Origin: Octopus vulgaris
Taxonomy: Eukaryota
NCBI GenBank assembly: GCA_951406725.2
Contig: OX597817.1
Span: 79,732,001 to 79,796,000, forward strand
Length of the DNA stretch: 64,000 nt
Direction: 5' to 3'
The notes under the pieces were generated by a model. That model ran no database searches and was not told the DNA's origin. It saw only the letters and a list, made by a program, of their open reading frames with translations. Positions 13,378-27,654 of this stretch are shown in pieces. Numbering within the stretch: position 1 is the stretch's first letter; every line of letters starts with the position of its first letter. Both the position numbers and the translations under genes were made by a program.

Positions 13378-13995
13378 ATGTATTCTGCATGCATAATGCT
13401 TTTAATGTATAGATGTCTTGCTGCAAAGGACATATGTCGGTATAAAATATGAGTTTGTTGGGTTGTAATCGCCTTTATAGATTACAGAACTATAGAGTTG
13501 AGAATGTAGAGAGGTACCTAATGAAATCATGTTCATATAGGTATGTACACATAAGAACTAGTTATATAAGTTTCTATTTTTAATTTTAATATACACAAGT
13601 TTGTGCTTAACTACTGCCTGCACACACACACATATATATGTGTGTGTGTGAATACATATATATATATATACATATAGATATTCTGATATGTGCATATGTT
13701 TAATGTGTTTAGTTACACTTGTGCAATCATTCTTTTTACACGCAGAGAAAGTGAGAGAGAGGGGGGGATAAAAAGAGAGGATTCTGTACGTCTATGCGTC
13801 TATATATTTATTACTATGTATTATATATCTACATCTCTACTTAGAAAAAAGCATACACACATGCTATATATATGTGTGCATTTATATATATATATGCACA
13901 CACACATGCACACATACATGCACACACATATGTATATATAATCATATATATGTTCGTATACACATACATATGTATATACATTATACTCATGTATA

Positions 13996-14033
<38 letters not shown>

Positions 14034-14966
14034 TGCATATGTATATACATTATACACACATATATATATGTATATGCTATAGATAAATATATATATGCAT
14101 ACATATGTATGTGCATATGGACACTCACAAACACACATACACACACACACACATTTACATATATATATATACTGTATACATTATACCTATGTATGTGCAG
14201 CACGTGTGTGTTAGTTGTCTTTACTAGACATGTGTAATAAATAGTAAAAGTGTCTAAGTGAAAGAAGTGCTGATGAAAGGGAAGGGCAGGACGATGAAGG
14301 CGAATTAGGAAAAAAGACGAAGCTGGTTCATGCAGGTAAATTGTTAGGTTGTAAAACTACTGACCTGTAACACATCTATTCAAAGCTTGCTCCTCAACTA
14401 GAACCAACAACTTAAGTTTCTTAGTCATAGGCAGGTTATATTTCACAATTCATTTACTCTAGCATAAAAATACAAATATAAAAAAAGTATGTAGTTGTTC
14501 AAACACTTCGTTGTAGTTGTTGTTCTTGTTCTTGTTCTTATTACTATTGTTGTTTTATTTGTGTTTTAGTGCCATAGAAAACCTGCTGGAGACAAGCAGA
14601 CCTATGGCCATTAGGCTTTCTTGCTTGACCGTTCAGTCTCTGGTTGTCGTTTTCTTTTTTCGTACGACGTGTATCTAGGATCACGTTATCTATTGTCTCC
14701 ATTTATGTTTGTTTATTTTTTCTCCAAAAAAAAGAAGAAAAAGACGACTGGGTATGATGTGAAAAAGATTTGATTGCTATTTCTAGCATTTCTCTTGCCT
14801 ATATAGAGACCTACACGTTGTCTCAATTTCACTTGTATTGCTTTTAAGGCCAATGGCAACCGCCAAAGATACCCCAACTGAGGCAATCGCATATTTTTAG
14901 AGATATCTGGAACTAAATTATCAACGGTGCTGTGTAACTATGAGAATATTCGCCGTTTCTTGAACA

Positions 14967-15166
14967 TACGAGGCTTTCTGTAAAAGCAAATATAGGAGGA
15001 TCACTTAATTATGACTTTATTCAACATATTCCCCTCCTAGATTCACTCACTCATTGCAACGGTCCTTCAGTTTTTCCAAACCATGTGAAAGAACTTGGAA
15101 GTCTGGGCCTCCAGCCAGGCTCTCGCGACACCCTTAAATCTAGGAACTTTTCAGCACCCTCTCGTA
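14967..15166 (-). mobile_element. Internally deleted mariner (MITE-like)
   Basis: Ends tacgagg...ctcgta with TIR-like aggaacttttcagcaccct. Minus strand encodes LEKLKDRCNE*VNLGGEYVE*, like a mariner transposase C-terminus. Confidence 0.65.
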
Positions 15167-15544
15167 TTGAGCAGCGACCAAAATGTCATGCTCTTGGTGT
15201 TCGCCTGGCAGTTATTAAGTAGGTTGGATAGAAAGCTGTAGAAGGTAAGCAAACATAGAAATTGTCAAAAAAGCTTGCCGCACCTAAATATGTTATGCAT
15301 GCTTAAATACACGTTCGTACAGAAAGCAATGCAATTTTTCTTAATCCATAACTAATGTTTTATCAAGCGAGGTGCACGATCCACTACAGGGCGTGGTAGT
15401 ATATTGATGGGGTGTGAGTTACTTTTGAAAAGGTTATAAGTAAATAACAAGAGAATAAATGCTACTATAAAGTTGAATTAAAACTTCTTTTGAATAAAAG
15501 TGTTTGTGGGGTGAAGGCGTGCGTTTGCGCATCGCACGTGAATA

Positions 15545-17036
15545 GATGTCTATTCCACTATATAACTAAGGGTTTCTACTATGAAATAGTAGCTTCAAAT
15601 GAATGTTTATACCTCAACTGATCACTCAGAAAGTTATTTGTGAACATTTAGCATTGCAATTATTGGCTACTACAAGAAATTTTTACAAAGTAGAATTCCC
15701 CTAAAAACAGTTATTATCCTGTTTGTAAACACTATACAAACTTCTCACTGTCATCCCGTTTGCTAATCTACTACAGTTCTGTGTTGAAAAAGCAAATATT
15801 CCACGATTTTCCTCTAGTCTGTAATTATTTTCCATCTATACTAAAATATCACATTTTATAAAATGTTAAATAAATTACAAGATAATCATGCTGACAAATT
15901 CTAAAATGCGTGAACTAATACTGTACAGGGATTCCCACTCACTAGATTTTTAAGAATTCTCTCATTATTACACAAAGAAATTTAAATATGTGACCAAGAT
16001 TTTCTTTATAATTTCTTGATTTCAAATTCAAGTTTCTAATCCTGCTAAATATTATGAAGACATGATTATCTCCTTTGTAATAGTTGTGACCACCTGTAGA
16101 AAAACGTGTTTGAAACCATTGTGAGTTTTGCAAATCCATTCAAACTGTTGACGAGAGTCGAAATGTTATATCTCTAAATGCGTGTCTGTTCCCACTACAT
16201 AACAACGGGTTTCCCCTATGAAATAGCACCTTTAAACGGGAAAGGGAGTCGCTGAATGAATTCCTACGTCTCAGAGGATACGCCGGTTTGTGAAGTTGCT
16301 TGTAGTTTAAACAGAAATCATTGGCTACTGTAAGATATTTTCACAAGGTAGAATTTCTTAGAAACAATTATTATCTTGTATGTAAACCCTTACAATTCCC
16401 TCTCTTTTCTCGCGATTGCTAATTAACATTGTATGAAGACGAAAAAACAATCATTCTATCAATTTTCTCCTAACTTGAGTTATTTCTGTCTTAAATTAAA
16501 TGTCTTACGTCATTAAACTTTTAGTTAGTCGTATGTCATAACATGCTGAGGGTATCCAAAAGGAATGAAACAGTATCATATATAATTACCTCTGATTAAA
16601 AGTTTTAAGTATTCCTTAATAAGTAAAAAACAAGAAAAGAAAAAACAAGAAAAGAAATTAAATAAGTGAATTTTTCTTAATTATATCTGAAATTAAAATT
16701 CGAATTTCTAATCTCGTCAAATATTATTACCCTTGTGATAGCTGGGGCTTCAAACGGTACCTCACACACACACACTCACACACACACACACAGACAAACA
16801 CATACACATACTCACACTCACATACACATACTTCTGATCCTACTAAATATTATGAAGAAATAATTATCTCATTTGTAACAGCTGCGACCATCTGGGAAAA
16901 CACGTGTTTGAAAACCTCTTGCTGTGATTTTTTTGCAAATCCATTTAAACTGTTAACGAGAGTCAAGATGTTATGTCTATATCTGTTCACACTACATAAC
17001 AACGGGTTTCTTCTTTGTAATAGTAGCTTTAAGTGG
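15545..17036. repeat. Diverged tandem repeat, unit about 640 bp, about 2.1 copies
   Basis: Unit start tct(a/g)tt..cacta(t/c)ataac.a.gggtttc at about 15548, 16185 and 16982. gcaaatccatt.aaactgtt.acgagagtc at about 16130 and 16935. The second unit is lengthened by a (CA)n-containing insertion. Confidence 0.8.
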
Positions 17037-17290
17037 GTTGGAGGTCACTGAAGGGGTCACGGGAAGTGTGATGATTTCAGGCAAAGGAAACTCAAATAAG
17101 AATATTAATAAAGGTGAAGAAAATAGCTCCAAGTGTAGAGTGCGTATGAGTAATTGGCAAAATTATGACCATCCCCAAATACAATTATATATATATATAT
17201 ATGTATGTATGTTAGTTTGTTTATATGTTTTGTTTTTTTTTTGTACTTGTTTCAGTCATTTGACTGCGGCCATGCTGGAGCACCGCCTTT

Positions 17291-17446
17291 AGAGTGGTGA
17301 AAGAGTACAGCAGGGATCACCACCATCCCCTGCCGGAGCCTCGTGGAGCTTTTAGGTGTTTTCGCTCAATAAACACACACAACACCCGGTCTGGGAATCG
17401 AAACCGCGATCCTCCGACCGCAAGTCCGCTGCCCTAACCACTGGGC
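17291..17446 (-). mobile_element. SINE family C, 5' part, adjoining a family A 3' fragment (17243-17290)
   Basis: tRNA-like head tggttagggcagcggacttgcggtcggaggatcgcggtttcgattccc; matches 18158-18300. Confidence 0.75.
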
Positions 17447-18018
17447 ATGTTTGTATGTATGTATGTATGCATGCATGTATGTATGTATATGTATATAATA
17501 AACAGTATATGTTTTTATGTGCTACTTTTGTTTCATGTACTGAGAGCATGCCAGACAGTGTTTTTAACACGTCCGGTATCGTAGCGCAATAATCGGGCAC
17601 TGCCTACATGGCATAACGAACTGAAAATGGGACGATAGGGTGAGAGAAAAAGCGAGGCAGATGTAACAGTAACCCTTGATGATGACACAGCAGATAAGAA
17701 GACTATATCGGACTGTGTTAAGGCGAATTAAAAACTCGCTATGATAATCACATACCTTTCTTCTGACACAGGGACGAAAGTAAAGCTACTAGATTGGTTA
17801 GCTACTAATGGGGTTTGACGTCGGACGCCACACCACATAAGATAAAGTGGAAAATAGTCGAAAAATCCACACAACATGTTAACGGATAAAAAAAACTGTA
17901 AGCTATGCGTAGCTGAAAGAACTCAGACCTTTTTCCGATCTAAGAACTCACTGCAGAATTCTAGATCCCAAATTATCAGTGGTTGTAAGCATATATATTT
18001 ATATTTTATTTTTTATTT

Positions 18019-18300
18019 ATGCGCCCTTTTCAAGCCTAGCTAGGCTTATGGGCCCGGTTTCCCGGTTTCTGTGGCGTATGTGTTCCCCAGCTGGACGGAA
18101 CGCCAGTCCATCGCAGCGTTACTCAAGAAACAGGAAAAAAGAGTGAGAGAAAGTTGGGGTGAAAGAGTACAACAGGGGTCGCCACCACCCCCTGCCGGAA
18201 CCCTGTGGAGCTTTCAGGTGTTTTCGCTCAATAAACACACACAACGCCCGGTCTGGGAATCGAAACCGCGATCCATGACCGCGATCCGCAGCCCTAACCA
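18019..18300 (-). mobile_element. SINE family C, near full length
   Basis: tRNA-like head with B box ggtttcgattccc, central gcgatggactggcgttccgtccag block and an A-rich tail. Confidence 0.75.
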
Positions 18301-20088
18301 CATTTTGTGTCCATTTTGAGTGGGGAGGGAATGGAACTGCTGTGTGGGACAAAGGCAATGTTGCGAAATAATGCAATAAACTACTAAAATATTTATTTTA
18401 AAAATATTTGTAAAATATGTTTAAGAATAGTAGAGTCTTTTCACCCAGACTTGACATGGAAAACATCATTATCATATTTCTTTGACCCGGGTTGGAAGCA
18501 GGCCATAATAATAATAATATTTCCCAAAAGAACCAGCGGTCGGCCGCATTATTTTTCCAAAGTCTTCGGTTCAGTAGATAAAATATTTCATGTAATGTTT
18601 TGTGTTGGAGTTATTATGATCATTAAAGAACAATCATATGGACAATTTTTCAGAATTAAAACTTTGTTCTCATAACAGGCTGAATTGGCTCCAGGAAAGA
18701 AGCAGAGAGAAAATGAGTCGACGTAAGTATATGCAAACTTGAGAAATAGTACTAAATATATAAAAGTAGCGTGCATTAATTTCTTAAAAGTGGCGATTAT
18801 ATCTATGAATATAAAATAGTCAATTGTGCATAGATGTGTATATGTGTCTACGAATGTGTGCGTGTGTGTGTATGGTTGTATGTATTTATGCATACACTTG
18901 TATGCACACGTGTATAAATGCGTATAGACAGACAGACCTAACGAAGACATTGAAGCAAAGTAAATGGGTCGACATCATTAAAATCATTAAAAGCTGAGCT
19001 TCAGTATGGCCGCAATTCAATGACAAAAAATGTAATATATGTATGTAGGTGTATATATATGTGTGTGTGTGTGTATATATATGTATGTGTGTGTATGTAT
19101 GTATGTATGTATGTATGTATGTATGTATGTATGTATGTATGTATGTATGTATGTATGTATGTATGTATGTATGTATGTATGTATATATTTATGTATATAT
19201 AGGTACACCTTTACACACACACATGTGAGCATGCATAATAGATGGTATGTATATATATATATATATATATGCACAAAAAGATTACTACATTGTCCCAATT
19301 TTTAACACGTTCTCTTCTGTTATCTCTCACTTTCTTTTAAACTCTGTCTCCCCATTTCTCGCTCTTTCGTTTTTCAGTCTCTCTCTATATATGTCTGTCT
19401 GTCTGTCTCTTTCTCTCTCTCTCTCACTGTTTCCCGCTTGTCCACAAAGACATAGACACATGCATAATCATGTATCAACTTGTAGATTATTCAGCGATGC
19501 ACTTGCAAAACATGACAACATATATTGTTCTCATACACACGCATGCATTGTATATGTATGCACACACACACACACACACACCTATATATATATATGTATA
19601 TACATATATTATATATATATATATGTATATATGTATGTATATATATATGTATATATATGTGTATATATATGCATACATATATACATACATACATGCATAA
19701 ATGCATACATAGATCACCAAAAGATATACACAAAAAAAATAATAATATTAATATCTATTTTTGATGAATTTCAGATCTTCTTTTCAAATGATTAATATCC
19801 TTTCGTTATAAAAGCCTTGTCAATAAAACGAACCATTTTTCAATGTGAACGCGTCGCCGTCTGTGAAAGAAGAGGGAAATACGAATGTACTTCCTGTCAG
19901 AAATAGACAGCTTTCGCTAGTTCCACATGCATACGAACACTTGCACACGTACGTGCACACACATATATATTAATCTGAAATATATTACCATATACATATG
20001 GAAAAGTATGCAGACTATTCTCTACATATATACGCACATACATTCACATGATACATGCATTCATATGCATATATTTATATATTTATGC

Positions 20089-20135
<47 letters not shown>

Positions 20136-20391
20136 TATATAAATATGTATATATATATGTGTGTATGTATGAATAAATATACATATACATATACATATAT
20201 ATGTATACATACGCACATACACATACATATATACACATACAGTTCCCACAGAGAAGACAACAAACATAATTGCTACCTCCAGACATATACAATATATTAT
20301 TTATTCATTTATACATGCATTGATACATATATACACAGACATGCATATATGTGTGTGTGCGCGCCCGTGTATATATAGATAGATAGTTATG

Positions 20392-20427
<36 letters not shown>

Positions 20428-20480
20428 TACATAGATAGATAGGTTGATACCATTCTATAAGTGTGTATATATATTAAATG

Positions 20481-20514
<34 letters not shown>

Positions 20515-20754
20515 TATATATATATAAACATGTATACACACATACATAGATACATACAGATGCATGCAAACATACCTATACGCACACATATATATATATA
20601 AGCGTGTTCATATGTTTTGATTAGTCTTTATAGTTTGTTGATCTCTGAAATGAATGCCGTCCAGTTGAAGCAGAATTTGAAAAAACACTTTTAAAAAGAA
20701 CTGCGGCTGAATATTTGCATTGGTAATCCCTTTATCTTAGTAATACAAATAATG

Positions 20755-20965
20755 TTGCTTTGAAATTTTGGTACAATGCCAACAAGCATGTGCGTAGGGT
20801 AGGTCAATCACATGAACCCCAGTGCTCAGCTGCTAAATATTTTTTCGACTACGAAATAATGAAAGGCAAAGTAGACCTCGGCGGAGTTTGAACTCAGAAC
20901 GTAAAGACAGACGAAATGTCGTCAAGTATTTTGCCTGGCGCACTAATGATTCTGCCAGCGGACCA
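20755..20965 (-). mobile_element. SINE family B
   Basis: gaaaggcaaagtagacctcggcggagtttgaactcagaacgta block shared with 30448-30662 and others. Confidence 0.75.
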
Positions 20966-21249
20966 CATTTGTGATACAAATAATATTAATATCTTTTATC
21001 CTGATATTTTTTTCGCAATAAATTTCGTTTTCTGACTACGTATCAAAGGAATATAGTTTCAGGGGCAATATTTATCTTTTAACCTTTTTTTATGTGTTTC
21101 AGTCATTGGAATGTGGTCTTGTAAGACACCGCCTTGAGGGGTTTTGTTCGATCAAATCAACTCTAGTACTTATTTCCTTATTTCTTTAAGTCTAGTATTG
21201 GTATCTTTTGCTGAACTACTAAATTGTAAGGTTATAAACACAGACTCTC

Positions 21250-21411
<162 letters not shown>

Positions 21412-21702
21412 ACATATACATACATACATACATACAGATCCATAGATTGACTATAATTTTAAATTGAATTCATTTCAATTAAATTAAAATTTATTTGTAA
21501 TTCGAATTTAATTGTAGCCATGAAACGTACGTAGTTTTTTTTACTTATTATATATTGATTATTCATTTTTATACTTTTTGAGATCTAGTTATATGTTTTA
21601 TAAAAATATATTTTATTTGTTATTTATGCTTTGGTTTATGTCTATCACTGTTTGAGTTGCATAATAGTGGGTTTTTTCTCTAATTTATATATAATATTAT
21701 AT

Positions 21703-21759
<57 letters not shown>

Positions 21760-21859
21760 CACACACACATAATTTGATGAAGCAATTTCCCCGTAAGGGA
21801 TTGTTAATAACAATCCAGATGCCAACTGAGTTTTATCAAATATATTCATAGAAAGTTCT

Positions 21860-21904
<45 letters not shown>

Positions 21905-21907
<3 letters not shown>

Positions 21908-22112
21908 TGATCCAAACAAGAAAGCACAAAAAAACACACAACAATGCGAGGACGTGGAACAAATATAGTATTATTGGACGCTCAGAAAAGAAGGAAAGAA
22001 GGAGGGTTTAACGTTTCGGGCGGAGCTCTTCGTCGGAACATAGGAGAAGGAAAGATCCCGAGAAGGGAAGACAGAGGGAAAAAATCGCTAACGGTACACA
22101 CGAGGTCACATT
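21905..22112 (-). mobile_element. Penelope-type pLTR remnant with minimal hammerhead variant (22006-22039)
   Basis: Minus strand: gtt-CCGACGA-A-GAGC-tcc-GCCC-GAA-ACGT-T-aaac. Shares gtatta...acgctcag with the 750-918 element; flanked by TA repeats. Confidence 0.55.
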
Positions 22113-22297
22113 TATATATATATAAGTCTCATAAATTATAAAGTCAATAAAAGAAAATGAATAAGAAAAAATATAATAGATCTATGGTTCATTTCATTTG
22201 TATCACAATGGAAAATTAATGCAAATTAAAAGAGATATCTTTAAGATTAAGTATAAAAGGAACCAGATCAACAAAACAACCAAAAATATCCGAAAAA

Positions 22298-22398
22298 ATC
22301 CTACACATGTTTCAATCCGACAGTATGTTTGAATAATCAATATTCTAACCGTTATAGATGTAATAAATGATATATATTGCCAGATTTGTTCAAGGAAA
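22298..22398 (-). other. Decayed long-stem-II hammerhead motif
   Basis: Minus strand: ttc-CTTGAACA-AATCTGGCA...TGTCGGATT-GAAA-CATGTG-TA-gga. Stem II pairs over 9 bp; the core is mutated. Confidence 0.45.
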
Positions 22399-23517
22399 AG
22401 TAAGTATTTTTTCCGGTCTTGAATTACGAAAAAACTTATTTGAGGACTATGTTAAGAAATTTTCAAATGTAAACAACTTATTAGGATGCAGAGTTCATGT
22501 GATTAGAAATTGATCGTTTAAAATTAGCTAATTTAGGTGTTGTGGACGATGAAGTTGACTCTACTCCACAATATGTCTTAAACAGAAATGGACAGAAAAT
22601 ACCAATTTGCCTCCTCCTTTTGTTACAAATCTACTACTAAGTTCTGTACAAGAGGTTGCCCGGCAATGACAAACAACTGCAAAATAATTACCACCGCCAC
22701 CAACACCCCCACCACGAATAGCAACAACAACAAAAATGGGTTGATAAGATAATTTCTAAAAATTGCAATGAATCAATTATGTGAGCATACTTTTACTCCA
22801 ACTCCACCCGCAAGCTGACAGCCATCACTTACTATCTCCCTCAGTTTCACACACTCTCTCTCTCCCTCTCTCCCCTCCGTTTCTGTCTCTTAATCTCTCC
22901 TGCAGTTGCTTTATTATTTGTTCTATCATTCGCCCATCCCCATGCCCTCTTTGCAGCTTTATTTGATTCAGTTTTCATTGTGTTAGTTTGTATATGTATG
23001 TGCATGTGTGTGTGTAAATGTAAGTGTGTGTGTGTGAGTGTGTGCATGTGTGTGTGTGTGTGTGTCTTTTACAGAATTTCCTGCCTTTTCTCAGTTTCGC
23101 ATTTATTAAATAGACATGATAGATTTAATTCATTCAACAACAAACTCTGTTTATTAATTTATTACTTAAGTCAATTAATTATGAAAGTTCCATGTTATAA
23201 TTGACACGCCATCACATTATCTTTTGCACAAATTTCCGACGCATATATATATATACACATATATATGTATATACATATATATACACATATATATGTATAT
23301 ACATATATATACACATATATATATATATACATTAAATACACATACATACATGCATCTCTATGCAATTATCTATGTTTGTATTTACGTATATGTTATGTGT
23401 ATATATATATATATGAGCATATATATATATAAATATATATATATGTATATATATATAAGTATATATATATATATATATGCGTATATTATATACATATAAA
23501 TATTTACATATATATAA

Positions 23518-23568
<51 letters not shown>

Positions 23569-24717
23569 CATATACATATACATACAAGCAGCACAATACT
23601 TAAGATAATGTATTTACTGATTCTTTTACGTTGTTTTTTTTTTTTTGTTTCATATGTTAGACGGATACAATATTTTTTTAGCTTATTTTAGTAATATTTC
23701 TGTTATATTCTTTAAATCTTTTTTACTGAAAATTTTGACTGAAAAATCTATTTACTATTTTAAAAAAAAAGAGATTTTTTGCAATGTATTCTTTTTTCTT
23801 TGTATAATTGTTTAATAATTTTTGTGATACATAGCTGATAAGTTTTATCTCCCCTTTTTTGTAGTTCTTTGTTCATTTTTCTCTTTCTCCTTTTATTTCG
23901 TTTTTTTCTTTCTTTCATTCTTTATTTAGTTATTCCTTTATTGAAAGTTAATGCATCTTTTTTTTCTTTAACGACTCATTATTATAAAAAATTTTCAGCG
24001 TAACTTTCTCACAATAAAGAATTTAAATCATATTATCTCTTCATAAACTTAATTTAAACTTGAATTTTATACTTTTAATTTCAGCTTTTGTATTTTGACA
24101 GTTTTATACCAATATCCATAGAGTAATATGCTAGCATGTGTTAGTTTTAAATACACATATACAAACCTATGTACATCCATATATGTATTGACTTTATACA
24201 TAATATACATATATATACACACATACATATATATACATATATGTATGTATATATATATATGCGTGCATACATATATTTATATGTATGAATATATATATAT
24301 ATGTGTGTGTGCATGCATATGCATATACATATATATGTATATATCTTTATGTATATATGTGTCTGTATATATATATATATATATATAAGCATATCCATAT
24401 ATATATGTATGCATATGCACACATATATGTAAATATATATATTTCCATACACATACACACACACCCACATATATGCATATATGTTCGTATAAAAATGTTC
24501 TATTCTTTTTAATGTCTTCCTGTTATTATGTATTGTGATAGAGAATCTAATCGGATAATAAGAGAAATATGAGAAAAAACAAAAATACAATAAAGATAGG
24601 ACATTTAACTGCATTACATATAACAGGTAGTTTTAAACTAATAGCTTTGTTGATCAACAAGGTGACAAAAAAAAAATAAGGTCAATACAAGAAACAAAAA
24701 AATGATCATATACATAT

Positions 24718-24793
<76 letters not shown>

Positions 24794-25184
24794 GTATATA
24801 TGTATATGTATATCGATACACCGTTGCATCAGTGTAAAATGTAAAATCAATTTAATTTTTTTTGTTGTAGAAATATTATAAATAATGGTCAGCTTGCATA
24901 AATGATATTATTCGTCAGGAATAGCCAGAAGGAAGTAAATTACTATTTGTTGTTGATGTTTTTTATTGTATTAAGTTACACTAATTTTGTCTTTTTCTTT
25001 GCATCATTTTTTTCACTGTTTTCTTTTTTTTTTTTATAAATTATTATTTTGCTTAAGTTGTCAAACCCTATTTCTTTCGTTTTTCTATTTTAAAGCGTAA
25101 TTTGATTTTTGCTGTTTTTGTTGCTGGTTTTGGTTTTGCTAATTATGAAGGAAAGTAAGAGTCAAGCAGAAATAGCAAAAATTC

Positions 25185-25350
25185 GTGATGACAACGTTGA
25201 CATTGGTAGATTCGATGACAACTACAATGGCGATGATGATGGTCATAATGCTGCCGATGATAATGACGTTGCGGATGATGATTAGGAGGGGGAGGACGAC
25301 GACAATGATGGTGATGTTGATGATGATTACATTAGCGATGATGATGATGG

Positions 25351-25386
<36 letters not shown>

Positions 25387-25720
25387 CGGTGATGATAATG
25401 ATGATGACGGCGATGATGATAATGATGATGATGATGATGATGGTTGGCGATAATAATAGAGATGATGATAAAGAGGTAGAAGAGGAGTGTGGTGGTGGTG
25501 GTGGTGGAGGTGATGTTGATGGTGCGGATGAATATGTTGATGATGACATGAATGACAACGACGAGACGATGTTGATGATAACGATAATGACGATGAGATA
25601 GAGTGTAATGAGGACAGAGATGACAACGAAGATGATTATAACAAGGGTGACAATGACGACGCCGGTGATGATAATAATGACGACGACGATAAGGACAAAG
25701 ATGATGACGGTAATGAGAAT
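25185..25720. repeat. Degenerate (GAT/GAC/GGT)n low-complexity tract
   Basis: Trinucleotide mosaic producing poly-M/D/I/H pseudo-ORFs. Confidence 0.8.
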
Positions 25721-26157
25721 GAAATGCAATTTGATAACGTGAAAATAATGAGAATACTGTCTTACCAAAACAGAACCATTGTCCCCAACTTTTCAATGTC
25801 AGCAAGTGAATTATCTGTGATCATACGTATATACATCGATATTGATGGTCTCCTGGTTTTTCCAATTCTTTAAGAGTGTGTGATTCTAAAATGACTTCCG
25901 TCCATTTAGATTATTCATGCTTAAAAGATAATGACCTTTTAACTGAAACTAAAAACAAAACATGAATCACTGATCACCATTCTTGTTTTCTGAGGAAATT
26001 TTTTATTTATTTCTTCGTTGTTTTTTTAATTGTTTTGCCTACAGATTGCTACAGAGGCATATCTTTGGCCATCCCATCTTTCTGCACTTTCTTTCGTCAG
26101 TTACAATACAATATGGACATCATAATCCAATCTGAATACCATTGAGTTTCAAAATCG

Positions 26158-26620
26158 CGTACACCGATGAATTGCGTATATTATGAACACATCGTCTACA
26201 AAGAGGTGTTCTTTGATGATGAAAAACAACAGCGACCAGATATTCAGTTTCAAATTTGCCAAAATGTATTAAGAATGAATAGTTGTTTTATACTTTGGAT
26301 TCTCGCTACTCTGCATGCACCTCACGAATAATTATCTGTTTAGAAGCAAGTTGCATACATCAGCTAGTAATTTATTTACTGCTTTCTATAAACATGGTCT
26401 TATACACTTGTTGTAGTCTTCGCTCCAGTGGGGCACCGTTGGCTGAGGAGACAAACAATAAAGTCGAAACATTGCGGTGTCCCAAAGCCTTCTTACATCG
26501 GGGAATTGCGTGTTATGAAGGCACATCGACTAAAGGGAAGACGCGTTCTCCGATGACAAAGATCAACAGTGATCCGGTATTCACATTTGAATCTGCCAAA
26601 ATATATCAAGGATGAATGCG
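26158..26620 (+). repeat. Direct repeat with ~335-bp period bracketing a hammerhead ribozyme
   Basis: 26158-26280 aligns with 26492-26617: gaattgcgt at 26169 and 26503, cacatcg in both, tgccaaaat...atgaat in both. Confidence 0.75.
26432..26489 (+). ncRNA. Type I hammerhead ribozyme, canonical
   Basis: ggc-accg-ttgg-CTGAGGA-GAC-aaacaataaa-GTC-GAAA-CAT-tgcg-GTG-TC-ccaa-a-gcc. All core nucleotides present, three stems pair, stem I extends past an internal loop, GUC cleavage after 26481. Confidence 0.9.
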
Positions 26621-27418
26621 TTATTATTATCTAATGTGTTTTTATGGAGATTTAACAATCATTTTTTTTTTTGCATGGTAAACGATCCTATGGAAACTTA
26701 ATCTTGTGTCACTTCAATCATTGTCAGATTTTGTTTCACCTTAAAGATGTTGTAACTAAAATATTTTTTTATAATTAGTATTTCTGTAGCAGTAAGATAC
26801 GTTAATTATTGGCTATTTTGTCTGATAATTTTATCGTATTTTATATTATATTTTCATTTTTTCATTCTTTACTGGGTTTGCTCCCTGTAGATGTATTTGT
26901 TAATCACTTGAAGAAGACCTGAATACTAGGTTATGTAATAAATATTTAAGTCAACAGATCGGTATGGACATAGATAAATAACAAAAGTGAGAGAGGGAGA
27001 CAATTGATGCGTGTGAGTAAAAAGACACACAGAAATTAACAAATGCTCATTTTATATTTTTCCCTTATAAATTTGGTCAACTTTTCATTCTTCATTTAAA
27101 TATCATCTTGTATAACAGTTTCTTCCTTTCCGTCTTTGCAGCTATGTGGCTTTGGTAATTGCTTTTAAAGCGAATAAGTGGGTGAATATATCTATCTATG
27201 ACCAAAGTGTAAATGTATAAAAGCTCTGAGAAAAGTTTGTTAACTCCTAATATATACCATGGTTAAAGACGTTCACTTTGCATACATGTGTCTCTATTCT
27301 TGATCGAATTTAAGACACACAGAACTATCTTTTGTACCAGAGCACGGGGCTGGCATATGCCTTTTGACGGAAATTTAGGCAGAGTGAAGCTACAAAGAAT
27401 CTCATTGCATGGGCTGTT

Positions 27419-27466
<48 letters not shown>

Positions 27467-27487
27467 TATGTACATATATACATATAC

Positions 27488-27521
<34 letters not shown>

Positions 27522-27598
27522 ATACATATATATACATATACATATACATATATACATATATATATACATACATATATACATATATATATACATATATA

Positions 27599-27654
<56 letters not shown>

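Noticed and set aside
14250-14342. Purine-rich open frame ending in CAG/GTAAAT as an exon
   Set aside because: No good acceptor, no recognisable peptide and no partner exons.
25139-25805. Hydrophobic poly-I/V and poly-M ORFs resembling membrane proteins
   Set aside because: Alternative frames of (GAT)n/(ATC)n; no domain or splice support.
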